NCBI GenBank assembly: GCA_036405415.1
Contig: DASWXP010000002.1
Span: forward strand, 492,450 to 556,449
Length of the DNA: 64,000 nt
From: Minisyncoccota bacterium
GTDB taxonomy: Bacteria; Patescibacteriota; Minisyncoccia; Phycocordibacterales; Phycocordibacteraceae
Reading direction: 5' to 3'
Positions 1 to 8,733 of this stretch are shown here, piece by piece. Below the pieces are notes generated by a model. That model saw only the letters and a list, made by a program, of their open reading frames with translations. It made no database searches and was not told where the DNA came from. How positions within the stretch are numbered: position 1 is the stretch's first letter; each line of letters begins with the position of its first letter. Position numbers and translations under genes: made by a program.

Positions 1-65
1 CCCGTCTCGCACGCATCGAGTTCGCAGCGCCTCGGTATCTCGCGCTTCCAGCAGCGGGTATCGAC

Positions 66-1073
66 GTGTCGGCGAGCGGCGTGAAGCTCGCGATACTCGA
101 AGAGCGCGTGCACGGCCTCGAGCTCACCAGCTTCGGTGAAGCGCGCCTCCCGCTCGGAGCCGTTACCGACGGCGAACTCTCGGACCGCAAGAGCGTCGTG
201 GAAGCCGTCCGTTCGCTCTCGAAGATGCATAGGGTCAAGTTCGCGAACATCGCGCTCCCGGAATCGAGGAGCTATCTTTTCGAGACGCTTGCCCAGGGAG
301 AGGACCCGCGCGCGTGGAAGACCGGGCTCGAGCAGAAGCTCGACGAGTACGTTCCGCTGCCGCCTACGGAAGTGGCGTTCGATATGGTCCCGACTGGACC
401 GGTCGGACCGGAGACTCCGGTTGTGGGTGTCGGCTACGCGCGCCGCGTGATCGAGGAGGCGCTCTCCGCATTTGATGAATCAAACGTAACCGTGCGTGCG
501 GTGGAGAGCGAGATGTTCTCGATGGCACGGGCGCTCCTCCCGAAAGGGGACACGGAGACGGTACTTATCATCGATATCGGCCGGACGACCACGAAGCTTA
601 CGGTGGTCAGCAACCGAATTCCGCGATTCGCTACCACGCTCGATATCGGCGGGCACGCGCTTACGCTCGCGGTGCAGAAGCATTTCGGCGTAACCGAGGA
701 AGAAGCAAAGCGCGTGAAGGCAGAGCACGGGCTCGTCTCCTCAACAGAGGAAGACAAGGGATATCTCGAAGCGATGCTCTCCACCGTATCTGCGATCCGC
801 GAGGAGATCGTGCGCCGCCTCGATTACTGGCAGGGCCATGCAGCGAAGGGAAGCGCGCATGAGCCGGTTACGCGCGCGATCCTAATCGGCGGCAACGCTA
901 CCGTGCGCGGACTTCCGGAGTACCTTGAGACGAGCATGCGCATCCCGGTTGAGCTCGGCGACGTCTTCACCAACCTCGCGTCCCGCGATCACTGGCTCCC
1001 GCCGTTGGACTATCTCGAATCGCTCGCATACGCCACTGCCATCGGGCTCGCTCTTCGTGACTATGACGCCTAA
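66..1073 (+). CDS. pilM: type IV pilus assembly protein PilM (actin/FtsA-like fold)
   Basis: 335-aa ORF with FtsA/PilM-like motifs (IIDIGRTTTKL, ILIGGNA) followed by overlapping PilN/PilO-like genes. GTG start at 66, but the reading frame is open to the window edge, so the true start may lie upstream. Confidence 0.55.
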   Translation: MSASGVKLAILEERVHGLELTSFGEARLPLGAVTDGELSDRKSVVEAVRSLSKMHRVKFANIALPESRSYLFETLAQGEDPRAWKTGLEQKLDEYVPLPPTEVAFDMVPTGPVGPETPVVGVGYARRVIEEALSAFDESNVTVRAVESEMFSMARALLPKGDTETVLIIDIGRTTTKLTVVSNRIPRFATTLDIGGHALTLAVQKHFGVTEEEAKRVKAEHGLVSSTEEDKGYLEAMLSTVSAIREEIVRRLDYWQGHAAKGSAHEPVTRAILIGGNATVRGLPEYLETSMRIPVELGDVFTNLASRDHWLPPLDYLESLAYATAIGLALRDYDA

Positions 1074-1617
1074 CCTTACCAACCTTCTCCCTGCGGACCG
1101 TACCCGCTCCCTGCGCAGGGTGTACTTCGTGCGGCTCGCGGTAGTCTCAGTGCTCCTGCTTGCGGGAGTCGCCATAGTGCACGGCGTGCTCCTGCTCCCC
1201 TCGTACCTGTTCGTGCAGCATGAGGTGAACGAGCGCAGGACTGAGCTCGCCCTTCTCTCGGAGCGCCTTTCAGGCACCGAGGAGAAGGAGGTGAGCGCGC
1301 GCGTCGAGGCGCTCGGGAATGATGCCGAGTATCTTGCGAGCCTTGCGACTTCGCCGAAAGCCTCGGCTGCGGTACGCGCCGTGATCGGCCTTCCGCGCGA
1401 GGGGGTGCGGCTTCTCGGCTTCTCGTTCATGACGAACGCGGAAGGAGCGAGCATGACGGTGTCCGGGATCGCAGTCACTCGCGAGTCGCTCAGGCGCTTC
1501 GAACAAACGCTCGCGTCTCAGTCCTACATCGAGACGGCAGACCTGCCCATCAGCGCGTACGCGAAGGAGCGGGACATCCCGTTCATGATTACCCTAACCG
1601 GCACCCTGATCCCATGA
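1063..1617 (+). CDS. pilN: PilN-like fimbrial assembly protein (single N-terminal TM helix)
   Basis: ATG at 1063 overlaps the pilM stop by 11 nt. N-terminal TM segment (LAVVSVLLLAGVAIV) then a coiled/periplasmic domain, the typical PilN architecture. The longer ORF call from 925 is an in-frame upstream artefact. Confidence 0.45.
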   Translation: MTPNLTNLLPADRTRSLRRVYFVRLAVVSVLLLAGVAIVHGVLLLPSYLFVQHEVNERRTELALLSERLSGTEEKEVSARVEALGNDAEYLASLATSPKASAAVRAVIGLPREGVRLLGFSFMTNAEGASMTVSGIAVTRESLRRFEQTLASQSYIETADLPISAYAKERDIPFMITLTGTLIP

Positions 1618-2138
1618 AGCGTCGCGCACTCATAGAGCTCCTGCTCGCACTCGCTCTCCTTACGGTCGTGCTCGCGGCCTACGGCGTCTGGTATGTGGCT
1701 GTGGGGAAGGCGAGCGCGGAGGCAGCCGCGCTCTCAGAGGAGATCAGGACGAAGAGCATCGACTCGGCGCGCGTCGCGAGTGCGAAAGCGGCGCTCGAGT
1801 CGCTCGCAGCCGACGAAGAGACGATGCGCAGCTATCTCGTGCGCGAGACGGACGTGGTCTCGTTCCTCGAGCGGCTTGAGGACGCGGGCGGCTCGCTCGG
1901 GACGAGCGTCGAGGTGGTATCGGTCGGTGCTGAGAGCGTAAGCGGGAGGGAAGCGCTCAAGCTCTCGCTCAAGATCACCGGATCGTTCGATGGGGTGCTC
2001 CGCACGCTCGGTGCGCTCGAATACGGGCCGTACGATACTCGCATGCTGAACGTGACGGTAGACACCACCGTCGGTACGGACGGTGCAGCGGGAGCGTGGA
2101 CCGCAACCGCAACCCTGCTCATCGGCACCCAGCCATAA
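1614..2138 (+). CDS. pilO: PilO-like pilus assembly protein
   Basis: 174 aa with an N-terminal TM helix plus coiled coil, start overlapping the pilN stop (ATGA). Position and architecture fit PilO; identity not proven. Confidence 0.4.
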   Translation: MKRRALIELLLALALLTVVLAAYGVWYVAVGKASAEAAALSEEIRTKSIDSARVASAKAALESLAADEETMRSYLVRETDVVSFLERLEDAGGSLGTSVEVVSVGAESVSGREALKLSLKITGSFDGVLRTLGALEYGPYDTRMLNVTVDTTVGTDGAAGAWTATATLLIGTQP

Positions 2139-2141
2139 CGT

Positions 2142-2438
2142 ATGAAGAACATAGAACTCGGACCGATCCTCAAGAAATTCTCGTACGGACCGCGCATCCG
2201 TCCGGCGCGCGACTGGTTCGTACTCCTTTCCATAACCATCGTGCTCCTCATCGCGTCCGTTCTCTGGAACCTCTGGCTCCTTAAGAGCGTGGAGCAGGGA
2301 GGCACTATCGGGAACGAAGCGCCGCCTCCTGCGTTCGATGCCGCGCCTATCGAATCGGTCCGCACGCTCTTCGAGTCCCGTTCAGCGGAAGAAGCGAGGT
2401 TCCGACAGGAATACCGCTTCGTTGACCCGTCCCGGTAA
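2142..2438 (+). CDS. small membrane protein, last gene of the pilMNO operon (PilP-like position)
   Basis: 98-aa ORF with one TM helix, 4 nt downstream of pilO, same strand. Confidence 0.3.
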   Translation: MKNIELGPILKKFSYGPRIRPARDWFVLLSITIVLLIASVLWNLWLLKSVEQGGTIGNEAPPPAFDAAPIESVRTLFESRSAEEARFRQEYRFVDPSR

Positions 2439-2457
2439 CCTCGCTAGGCTAGGTATT

Positions 2458-2529
2458 GCCCCCATAGCTTAATGGATAAAGCCGCGGACTTCTAAGCCGT
2501 TGATCTAGGTTCGATTCCTGGTGGGGGTA
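2458..2529 (+). tRNA. tRNA-Arg (anticodon TCT)
   Basis: Cloverleaf: acceptor gccccca/tgggggt, D-arm gctt/aagc, anticodon loop cTTCTAa, T-arm ctagg-ttcgatt-cctgg. One A-G mismatch at the top of the anticodon stem. No encoded CCA. Confidence 0.65.
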
Positions 2530-2562
2530 CAGAGAAAGAAAAATTGCTATAGTCAGCATGCT

Positions 2563-2646
2563 GCCCGGGTGGCGAAATTGGTAGACGCGCTACGTTCAGG
2601 TCGTAGAGCTCGCAAGGGCGTGCAGGTTCGATTCCTGTCCCGGGCA
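2563..2646 (+). tRNA. tRNA-Leu (anticodon CAG), long variable arm
   Basis: Acceptor gcccggg/cccgggc, anticodon stem-loop ctacg-ttCAGgt-cgtag, long variable arm, T-loop ttcgatt. No encoded CCA. Confidence 0.8.
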
Positions 2647-2655
2647 CTGAGATAA

Positions 2656-2690
2656 GAGAAAACACGGTCTTCTAGACCGTGTTTTCTCTT
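2656..2690. terminator. bidirectional intrinsic terminator between convergent tRNA genes
   Basis: Perfect hairpin agagaaaacacggtc / gaccgtgttttctct flanked by A-run and T-run. Confidence 0.6.
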
Positions 2691-2691
2691 T

Positions 2692-2767
2692 TGGTGCGCG
2701 CTGAGGGACTCGAACCCCCGACCATCCCGGTGTAAACGGGGCGCTCTACCAACTGAGCTAAGCGCGC
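2692..2767 (-). tRNA. tRNA-Val (anticodon TAC), CCA encoded
   Basis: Reverse complement gives gcgcgct-ta-gctcagttggtagagc-...-tTACac-...-ggggg-ttcgagt-ccctc-agcgcgc-a-cca. Confidence 0.8.
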
Positions 2768-2839
2768 GTAGCGGTACAGTACCGCATAACTGCCAACTTG
2801 AGAAGTAACCTCGTGTGTCCGTGGTACGTTCTTAGAGAT

Positions 2840-3118
2840 ATGCAGGAACGGCTCGAAGCCATCATTCACGGAAGGGTGCAGATGGTCATGTACAGGGATT
2901 TCGCGCAGCGGAAGGCAACCGGCCTCAAGCTCTCGGGCGAAGTGCAGAACCTGAGAGACGGTACGGTGCGGGTCGTAGCCGAGGGTCCGCGCGAGAAGCT
3001 CGAGCGCTATCTTCAGAAGCTCCATAAAGGCTCGCTCCTTGCGCGGGTCGAGAGGGTCGAGCATGAGTGGCGTCCGGCTACGGGGGAGTTCACGCGCTTC
3101 GTTATCGTGTATGCCTGA
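2840..3118 (+). CDS. acyP: acylphosphatase
   Basis: About 92 aa from the internal ATG, with acylphosphatase signatures (IIHGRVQMVMYR ... GEVQNLRDGTVRVVAEG). Overlaps the uppS start by 8 nt. Confidence 0.6.
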   Translation: MQERLEAIIHGRVQMVMYRDFAQRKATGLKLSGEVQNLRDGTVRVVAEGPREKLERYLQKLHKGSLLARVERVEHEWRPATGEFTRFVIVYA

Positions 3119-3788
3119 GAATCCGAAAGCGATAGCCGTCATCATGGACGGCAACAGGCGATGGGCGCGCGAACGGGGACTCCCGGCGCTCGCAGGACAT
3201 GAGGCGGGCGCGCGGAAGATGCGTGAGCTCATCGACTGGGCGCGTGAGACAGAAATCAAGCAGGTTACGGCATATGCGTTCTCAACCGAGAACTGGAACC
3301 GCTCGGAAGAAGAGGTTCAGGGACTTATGAAATTGGCAGAGCGGTTCCTCGCAGAGAGCGGGAAGAGGTTCGAGGATGAGAAGGTCCGTGTTCGCTTCAT
3401 CGGAGAGCGAGAGAGATTCAGTGCTGAGTTTCAGGAAAGCATGGGCATGCTTGAAGAGAGGACGAAGGAAGGAGATGTCACGCTCATTCTCGCGCTTTCG
3501 TATGGAGGACGCAGCGAGATAGTCGCTGCAACGAATCAGCTTCTTGCTGCAGGGAAGGAGAGCGTTTCGGAAGGAGAGTTCTCAGAAGCCCTCTGGACCA
3601 AGGGACTCCTCGATCCAGATATTTTGATACGAACCGGAGGCGAACAGCGCCTCTCCGGGTTCCTGCCGTGGCAATCGGTATACAGCGAGCTCTTCTTCAC
3701 GGACACGAAGTGGCCGGACTTCGGCAAGGAGGAATTCTTAGAGATCCTTGATGCGTATCGCGCTCGCGAGCGCAGACGGGGGAAATAG
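3111..3788 (+). CDS. uppS: undecaprenyl-diphosphate synthase (cis-prenyltransferase)
   Basis: N-terminus MPENPKAIAVIMDGNRRWA, YAFSTENWNR and LIRTGGEQRLSGFLPWQSVYSELFF are canonical UppS motifs. Confidence 0.85.
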   Translation: MPENPKAIAVIMDGNRRWARERGLPALAGHEAGARKMRELIDWARETEIKQVTAYAFSTENWNRSEEEVQGLMKLAERFLAESGKRFEDEKVRVRFIGERERFSAEFQESMGMLEERTKEGDVTLILALSYGGRSEIVAATNQLLAAGKESVSEGEFSEALWTKGLLDPDILIRTGGEQRLSGFLPWQSVYSELFFTDTKWPDFGKEEFLEILDAYRARERRRGK

Positions 3789-3803
3789 TGGTAGGGTGTC
3801 TCC

Positions 3804-4529
3804 ATGAACCCGGAGATCATCTTTGAGGACGAGGACCTGGTTGCGATCATGAAGCCTGCCGGCGTCATGACGCATCCGGACGGCCACAATACCGAGGAGA
3901 CCGCGAGCGACTGGTTCGCGCGTGCGTATCCTGCGTCAAAAGACGTAGGCGAGATGCAGCGCCTCAAGGACGGGACGGAGATCGCACGCCCTGGCGTCGT
4001 GCATCGGCTTGATCGCGACACTTCGGGCGTCTTGGTCTTCGCGAAGACGCAAGACGCGCACGCCCGTCTCAAGGACGCGTTTCAAAACCGCTACGCGAAG
4101 AAGACCTACCTGGCGCTGACCTACGGTGTGCCGAAGGAACCGAAGGGCATCATCGACTTCGCGATAGGGAGGAGCAGGAAGGACTTCAGGCTGCGTTCCG
4201 CGCAGCCGAGGGCTCGCGGCACGATGCGCGACGCGCTCACGCGCTACGAGGTCCTCTCTGATATCGGGACCCACGCGCTTCTAAAGGCGATGCCGGAGAC
4301 CGGGAGGACGCATCAGATCCGCGTGCACCTCAAGGCGATACATCATCCTGTGGTATCGGATCCGCTCTACGCCCCGGGGCGCCCGAACGATTTCAAGATT
4401 CCCAGGCTCGCGCTCCATGCGTACCAGCTCGCGGTTCCCGGAAAGCCCCTCCTAACGGCCTTGGTCCCGGAGGACATAGCCCCGGCCTTCCGCCGGTTCC
4501 CGGGAGGCGAGCAATTTATTGCCCCGTAA
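3804..4529 (+). CDS. RluA-family RNA pseudouridine synthase
   Basis: Catalytic motif HRLDRDTSGVLVFAKT, 241 aa, no S4 domain. Confidence 0.7.
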   Translation: MNPEIIFEDEDLVAIMKPAGVMTHPDGHNTEETASDWFARAYPASKDVGEMQRLKDGTEIARPGVVHRLDRDTSGVLVFAKTQDAHARLKDAFQNRYAKKTYLALTYGVPKEPKGIIDFAIGRSRKDFRLRSAQPRARGTMRDALTRYEVLSDIGTHALLKAMPETGRTHQIRVHLKAIHHPVVSDPLYAPGRPNDFKIPRLALHAYQLAVPGKPLLTALVPEDIAPAFRRFPGGEQFIAP

Positions 4530-4556
4530 CAGGGGCTGTGGTACAGTACCGCGGCA

Positions 4557-5081
4557 ATGAATTCCGTAATCACTCCAGTAAAGACCGAGGAGCGCGTGAA
4601 GCTCGGCATCAAGCCAGGCGATACCGTTCGCGTCCACCAGAAGGTGGTCGAGAAGGGCAAGACCCGTCTCCAGGTGTTCGAGGGCCTCGTGCTCGCCGTC
4701 AAGCACGGCACCGAGCCAGGCGCGACCTTCACGGTCCGCGCGACCATGTCCGGCATCGGCGTGGAGAAGATCTTCCCGCTCTACAGCCCGATCATCGACA
4801 AGATCGAGATCACGAAGCGCTCGAAGGTTCGCCGCGCGAAGCTCTACTTCATCCGTGAGAAGGTGGCCCGCGAGGTACGCCGCCAGCTCCGCAACATGCG
4901 CATGGTGAAGCTCTCGACCGAGGACTTCAAGGAGGAGGAGAAGCCGGTAGAGGCAGCTTCTCCTGCAGAGGACGTCGTCGTAGAGGTAGACACCGTACCG
5001 GAGGGCGATCAGGACGCAGTAACTCCGGAGGAGGTCGCAGCCGAGGAGGCGCGCGAGGAGAAGAAGAACGAGGAGGCGTAG
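4557..5081 (+). CDS. rplS: 50S ribosomal protein L19 with acidic C-terminal extension
   Basis: The first ~115 aa match L19 ([22 protein letters not shown]...). A ~55-aa Glu/Asp/Ala-rich tail is unusual. Confidence 0.8.
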   Translation: MNSVITPVKTEERVKLGIKPGDTVRVHQKVVEKGKTRLQVFEGLVLAVKHGTEPGATFTVRATMSGIGVEKIFPLYSPIIDKIEITKRSKVRRAKLYFIREKVAREVRRQLRNMRMVKLSTEDFKEEEKPVEAASPAEDVVVEVDTVPEGDQDAVTPEEVAAEEAREEKKNEEA

Positions 5082-5101
5082 GCCCCAAAGTTGAAAATAC
5101 T

Positions 5102-5138
5102 GGAAAGGCCCGCTATAGTAAGCGGGCTTTCCTGATTT
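5102..5138 (+). terminator. intrinsic terminator after rplS
   Basis: Hairpin ggaaaggcccgc-tatagtaa-gcgggctttcc followed by a T-rich tract. Confidence 0.5.
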
Positions 5139-5154
5139 ATAGGGATGCCCACAT

Positions 5155-5239
5155 GCCCAGGTGGTGAAATTGGTATACACGCTACCTTGAGGTGGTAGTC
5201 CTTTCGGGGGTGGAGGTTCAAGTCCTCTCCTGGGCACCA
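5155..5239 (+). tRNA. tRNA-Leu (anticodon GAG), CCA encoded
   Basis: Acceptor gcccagg/cctgggc, anticodon loop tTGAGgt, long variable arm, T-loop ttcaagt, 3' acca. Confidence 0.8.
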
Positions 5240-5246
5240 AAGAAAA

Positions 5247-5285
5247 AGATGAGCCGGAGCAATGCTGTTCCGGCTCATCTTTTTC
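5247..5285 (+). terminator. intrinsic terminator after tRNA-Leu(GAG)
   Basis: Hairpin gatgagccgga...tccggctcatc followed by ttttt. Confidence 0.55.
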
Positions 5286-5313
5286 TCGTTCCTGTGCTAT
5301 AACCCTTCTACAT

Positions 5314-5387
5314 GGCGGCCTTAGCTCAGTTGGTAGAGCACTCGGTTGTGGTCCGAGCGGTCATGGGTTCGAGCCCCATAGGTCGCC
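5314..5387 (+). tRNA. tRNA-His (anticodon GTG) with genome-encoded G-1
   Basis: Extra 5' G pairs with discriminator C73, acceptor gcggcct/aggtcgc, anticodon loop tTGTGgt, T-loop ttcgagc. Confidence 0.8.
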
Positions 5388-5396
5388 CCTAAATAT

Positions 5397-5795
5397 ATGA
5401 AATCCTTCCTCGACGAATTCAAAAAGTTCGCGCTCCGCGGCAACGCGATTGATCTTGCAGTGGGTGTCGTGATCGGCGCTGCGTTCACGGCTATCACGAA
5501 CTCGCTCGTGACGAACATCATCACGCCACCCCTGTCGCTCCTTACGCGCGGCATAAACTTCGCAGACCTCGCGTTCCAGATCCCGAACACGGACGCGTCG
5601 ATTCAGTACGGCCTCTTCATCCAGGCGGTAATCACGTTCTTCATCACGGCGTTCGCGCTCTTCCTTCTCGTGAAGTTCATCAACCACCTCACCACGATCG
5701 CGCGCCGTGAACAGGAAGAAGGGAAGACCGAGCCAGCGGCCAAGAGCCCTGAACTCCAGGTGCTCGAGGAGATCCGCGACACCTTGAAGAAGTAG
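5397..5795 (+). CDS. mscL: large-conductance mechanosensitive channel MscL
   Basis: MKSFLDEFKKFALRGNAIDLAVGVVIGAAF... is the canonical MscL N-terminus and TM1, 132 aa. Confidence 0.85.
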   Translation: MKSFLDEFKKFALRGNAIDLAVGVVIGAAFTAITNSLVTNIITPPLSLLTRGINFADLAFQIPNTDASIQYGLFIQAVITFFITAFALFLLVKFINHLTTIARREQEEGKTEPAAKSPELQVLEEIRDTLKK

Positions 5796-5796
5796 C

Positions 5797-6438
5797 ATGA
5801 AGGAGCTTCTCGCCGGCGTCGTCATCCTCTTCGTAGTCGGCGTCGGAGCGTTCCTCTATCGCAACACTATGGAGCGCCCGGGCGTCATCGCGCCCGAGGT
5901 CGCGTGCACCCTGGAGGCGAAGATCTGTCCGGACGGCACATCTGTCGGGAGGACGGGGTCAACGTGCGCGTTCGCACCATGCGCGTTCCCGAACGTAGAG
6001 ATTGCAAGTGCGAACGTAGGGTTCGTGGCGCCCGAGGGGTACGAACCAGTTGCGAACGAGGACGCACTCGTGCGTCTCGAAAAGCCTTCGATGGGCGGAT
6101 GGCCGTCGCACGTCATTACAGTGTACCGCTACCCGATTGCGGAAGGGGAGACTGCTGACGACATTTTACTAGGCGCTACTACGTATCAGCCTTCGGGTGA
6201 ACAAGCGACGGATTTTGAGCGCTTCTCGAGCATATCGGCTGGAGGAAAGACCTATCGCGAAACTACGATCGAGCGTTTCGAGGCTTTGATACACACATCC
6301 TATTTCCTCGTGCGGGAAAGGGATGTGCTTAGGTTCGATATCGTGGAGCATGGTGTAACGGATTGGATGTCCGCTACCCCGAGCCGCACGTTCCCAGAAC
6401 ATCAGGCGCTCCTCGAGCTCCTTCGCTCGGTTAGGTAA
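5797..6438 (+). CDS. hypothetical membrane-anchored Cys-rich protein
   Basis: 213 aa with an N-terminal TM helix, a 6-Cys motif (CTLEAKICPDGTSVGRTGSTCAFAPC), and GC3 codon bias like neighbouring genes. Confidence 0.35.
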   Translation: MKELLAGVVILFVVGVGAFLYRNTMERPGVIAPEVACTLEAKICPDGTSVGRTGSTCAFAPCAFPNVEIASANVGFVAPEGYEPVANEDALVRLEKPSMGGWPSHVITVYRYPIAEGETADDILLGATTYQPSGEQATDFERFSSISAGGKTYRETTIERFEALIHTSYFLVRERDVLRFDIVEHGVTDWMSATPSRTFPEHQALLELLRSVR

Positions 6439-6495
6439 GAAAAGGCGGGCATGCCCGTCGTGCTAGCATAAGGGCGAACCACTAACAGAATATTC

Positions 6496-7281
6496 ATGAA
6501 CCAGTTCATCAGCGAGCTCTCGAGCAACCGCACCGCCCGCCTTGCGGCCGTAGCGGTCCTTATCCTTCTTGCCGTGTTCCTCCTCGTCTCTACGTGGGAC
6601 AAGGCCTTCGGACGCGACGTAAGCGACCCGTTCAACACCATCACGGTTGAGGGTACGGGCTCTTCCGCGATGGTGCCGGATACGGCACGGATCACGTTCT
6701 CCGTCATGGAGAGCGCGTCTGAGGTAGCGGCGGCGCAGGAAGCTGCAACCGCAAAGACCGACGCGGCGCTCGCAGCGCTTTCCGAGATGGGAATCGAGGA
6801 GCGTGATATCAAGACGCTCTCGTACAACGTGTCTCCGAAGTATGAGTACCCGCAGCCGTGCTACGGCGGCATCTGCCCTCCTTCGTCTCCGCGCATTGTG
6901 GGGTACGACGTGTCGCAGACAGTTGAGGTTAAGGTCCGCGAGACCGAGAAGGCAGGCGACGTTCTCGCAGCGCTCGGCGGCCTCGGCGTACAGAACATCT
7001 CCGGCCCCGAGTTCGTCGTCGACGACGAGACGGCAGTGAAGAGCGAAGCACGTGCTGAAGCGGTAGAGGAGGCTCGCGCGAAGGCGAAGGAGCTCGCGAA
7101 GCAGCTCGGCGTGCGCCTCGGCAAGGTGGTGTCCTTCTCTGAGATGGCCCCTGGCGATCCGTACTACGGCTACGGCAAGGGCGGCGCGATGATGGACGCT
7201 CGCCTTGAGAGCGCACCGTCGCTCCCGGTAGGGGAGAACGAGACCGAGATCACGGTCATGATCACCTACGAGATCCGCTAG
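6496..7281 (+). CDS. SIMPL-domain (DUF541) periplasmic protein
   Basis: N-terminal TM/signal sequence and ITVEGTGSSAMVPDTARITFSV, the opening of the SIMPL/26-kDa periplasmic immunogenic protein family. Confidence 0.55.
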   Translation: MNQFISELSSNRTARLAAVAVLILLAVFLLVSTWDKAFGRDVSDPFNTITVEGTGSSAMVPDTARITFSVMESASEVAAAQEAATAKTDAALAALSEMGIEERDIKTLSYNVSPKYEYPQPCYGGICPPSSPRIVGYDVSQTVEVKVRETEKAGDVLAALGGLGVQNISGPEFVVDDETAVKSEARAEAVEEARAKAKELAKQLGVRLGKVVSFSEMAPGDPYYGYGKGGAMMDARLESAPSLPVGENETEITVMITYEIR

Positions 7282-7293
7282 GGATTTCGAACG

Positions 7294-7330
7294 AAAAGAG
7301 GCCCCGCGTTGTGCGGGGCCTCTTTCGTTT
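7294..7330 (+). terminator. intrinsic terminator
   Basis: Hairpin gaaaagaggccccgc-gttgt-gcggggcctctttc plus gttt. Confidence 0.55.
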
Positions 7331-7399
7331 GACACCCAAAAACCTAAGTAGTATCATGCTTTTATACAAGGCCCGCGGGGCTTTTTTATTTGGAAGACT

Positions 7400-7588
7400 A
7401 TGAAATCATTCTTCACCTACCTCAGGAACGTTCGCGGCGAGCTCGCCCATGTCGTATGGCCGGATCGCAAGCAGGCGATCCTCCACACCTTCCTTATCGT
7501 CCTCATCTCGGCGATTGTGGCGGTATACCTTTCCGGCCTCGACTACGTGTTCACGGGCGTGGTGAACCGCATTATCCAGGGCTACTAG
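7400..7588 (+). CDS. secE: preprotein translocase subunit SecE
   Basis: 62 aa, ELAHVVWPDRKQ plus a single TM helix, directly upstream of nusG (conserved secE-nusG-rplK order). Confidence 0.75.
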   Translation: MKSFFTYLRNVRGELAHVVWPDRKQAILHTFLIVLISAIVAVYLSGLDYVFTGVVNRIIQGY

Positions 7589-7608
7589 TCTCCTAATCCA
7601 ACCACACT

Positions 7609-8178
7609 ATGGACCTCATGAAGACTGCTCCCCAGTTTGAAGAGAACGCGGACCAGACCCCGCGCTGGTACACCATCCACACTTACGCAGGGTACGAGAA
7701 CGCCGTTGAGCGCAACCTCAAGCAGCGTATCGAGTCCCTTGGCATGGAGAACAAGATCTTCGAAGTGGTCGTCCCTACTGAGAAGAAGATCCGCGTGAAG
7801 GCAGGGAAGCGCATTGTCGAGGAGGAGAAGATCTACCCGGGCTACATCCTCGTGAACATGATCGTGGACGAGGATTCGTGGTTCGTGGTGCGTAACACCC
7901 CTCGCGTGACCGGATTCGTAGGCGCGGGCAACACCCCGGTTCCTATGGAGGAGAAGGAGGTGGAGACCCTCATGAAGCGCATGGGCGCCGAGGCCCCGAA
8001 GCATCGCATCGACCTCATGAAGGACGATCCGGTGGTTATCGCGGACGGTCCGTTCAAGGACCTCGAGGGCAAGGTTGGCGAGATCGACGAGGAGCGCGGC
8101 AAGGTCAAGGTGATGGTGGCCATGTTCGGTCGCGAGACTCCGGTGGAGCTCGATTTCTTGCAGGTTCGCAAGCTCTAG
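7609..8178 (+). CDS. nusG: transcription termination/antitermination factor NusG
   Basis: NGN domain (WYTIHTYAGYENAV) and C-terminal KOW (GPFKDLEGKVGEIDEERGKVKVMV). Confidence 0.85.
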   Translation: MDLMKTAPQFEENADQTPRWYTIHTYAGYENAVERNLKQRIESLGMENKIFEVVVPTEKKIRVKAGKRIVEEEKIYPGYILVNMIVDEDSWFVVRNTPRVTGFVGAGNTPVPMEEKEVETLMKRMGAEAPKHRIDLMKDDPVVIADGPFKDLEGKVGEIDEERGKVKVMVAMFGRETPVELDFLQVRKL

Positions 8179-8201
8179 CGTAGAGTTCTAATCACTATCG
8201 T

Positions 8202-8624
8202 ATGGCAAAGGCAATCAAGAAAATTAAGCTCCAGATCCCGGGCGGCAAGGCTACCCCGGCTCCTCCGGTTGGTACCGTGCTCGGTCCTGCCGGCGTGAAC
8301 ATCGCTGACTTCGTTAACAAGTTCAACGAGCAGACTCGCGACCAGATGGGCACCATCATCCCGGTGGAGATGACCGTCTATGACGATCGTACCTTCACCT
8401 TCGTCCTCAAGGTCTCCCCGATGTCCCGCCTCATTCTCAAGGCGCTTGGCATTGATAAGGGTTCCTCGAAGACCCCGTTCTCGAAGGTTGGCACGCTCTC
8501 CAAGGATCAGGTCCGCCAGATCGCAGAGACCAAGATGCCAGACCTTTCTGCGGGTTCCATAGAGGCCGCTGAACGCATCGTAGAGGGCACGGCCCGCTCG
8601 ATGGGCGTAGGTGTCGCGAAGTAA
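8202..8624 (+). CDS. rplK: 50S ribosomal protein L11
   Basis: [34 protein letters not shown] is the canonical L11 N-terminus. Confidence 0.9.
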   Translation: MAKAIKKIKLQIPGGKATPAPPVGTVLGPAGVNIADFVNKFNEQTRDQMGTIIPVEMTVYDDRTFTFVLKVSPMSRLILKALGIDKGSSKTPFSKVGTLSKDQVRQIAETKMPDLSAGSIEAAERIVEGTARSMGVGVAK

Positions 8625-8633
8625 GGCTTTTCA

Positions 8634-8675
8634 GAAAGAGAAAGACCCTTCCTGCGAGGGTCTTTCTCTTTATTT
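8634..8675 (+). terminator. intrinsic terminator after rplK
   Basis: Hairpin gaaagagaaagaccc...gggtctttctcttt plus T-run. Notably rplA does not follow. Confidence 0.55.
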
Positions 8676-8733
8676 TATTTAAAGGGGTGCTAGGGTGGGT
8701 AGCGGTACGAACATTGCATCAAGGGAGGTTTAG

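Noticed and set aside
925-1062. Longer N-terminus for pilN (ORF-track start 925)
   Set aside because: It would overlap pilM by 149 nt in another frame. The ATG at 1063 begins exactly at the conserved basic-stretch plus TM start and overlaps the pilM stop by only 11 nt.
4452-5240. Long antisense ORFs opposite confident genes (for example 4452-5240, 6463-7335, 22311-23300, 57968-59881, 14649-15344)
   Set aside because: Stop-codon-poor antisense frames are expected at over 60% GC. Their products are Arg/Ala/Leu low-complexity and they fully overlap well-supported genes on the other strand.
7355-7395. Terminator-like hairpin (aaggccc-gcg-gggcttttttatttgg) just upstream of secE
   Set aside because: The stem is only about 7 bp with a 3-nt loop and lies inside what should be the secE promoter or leader. 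Possibly an attenuator, but the evidence is too weak to list as a feature.
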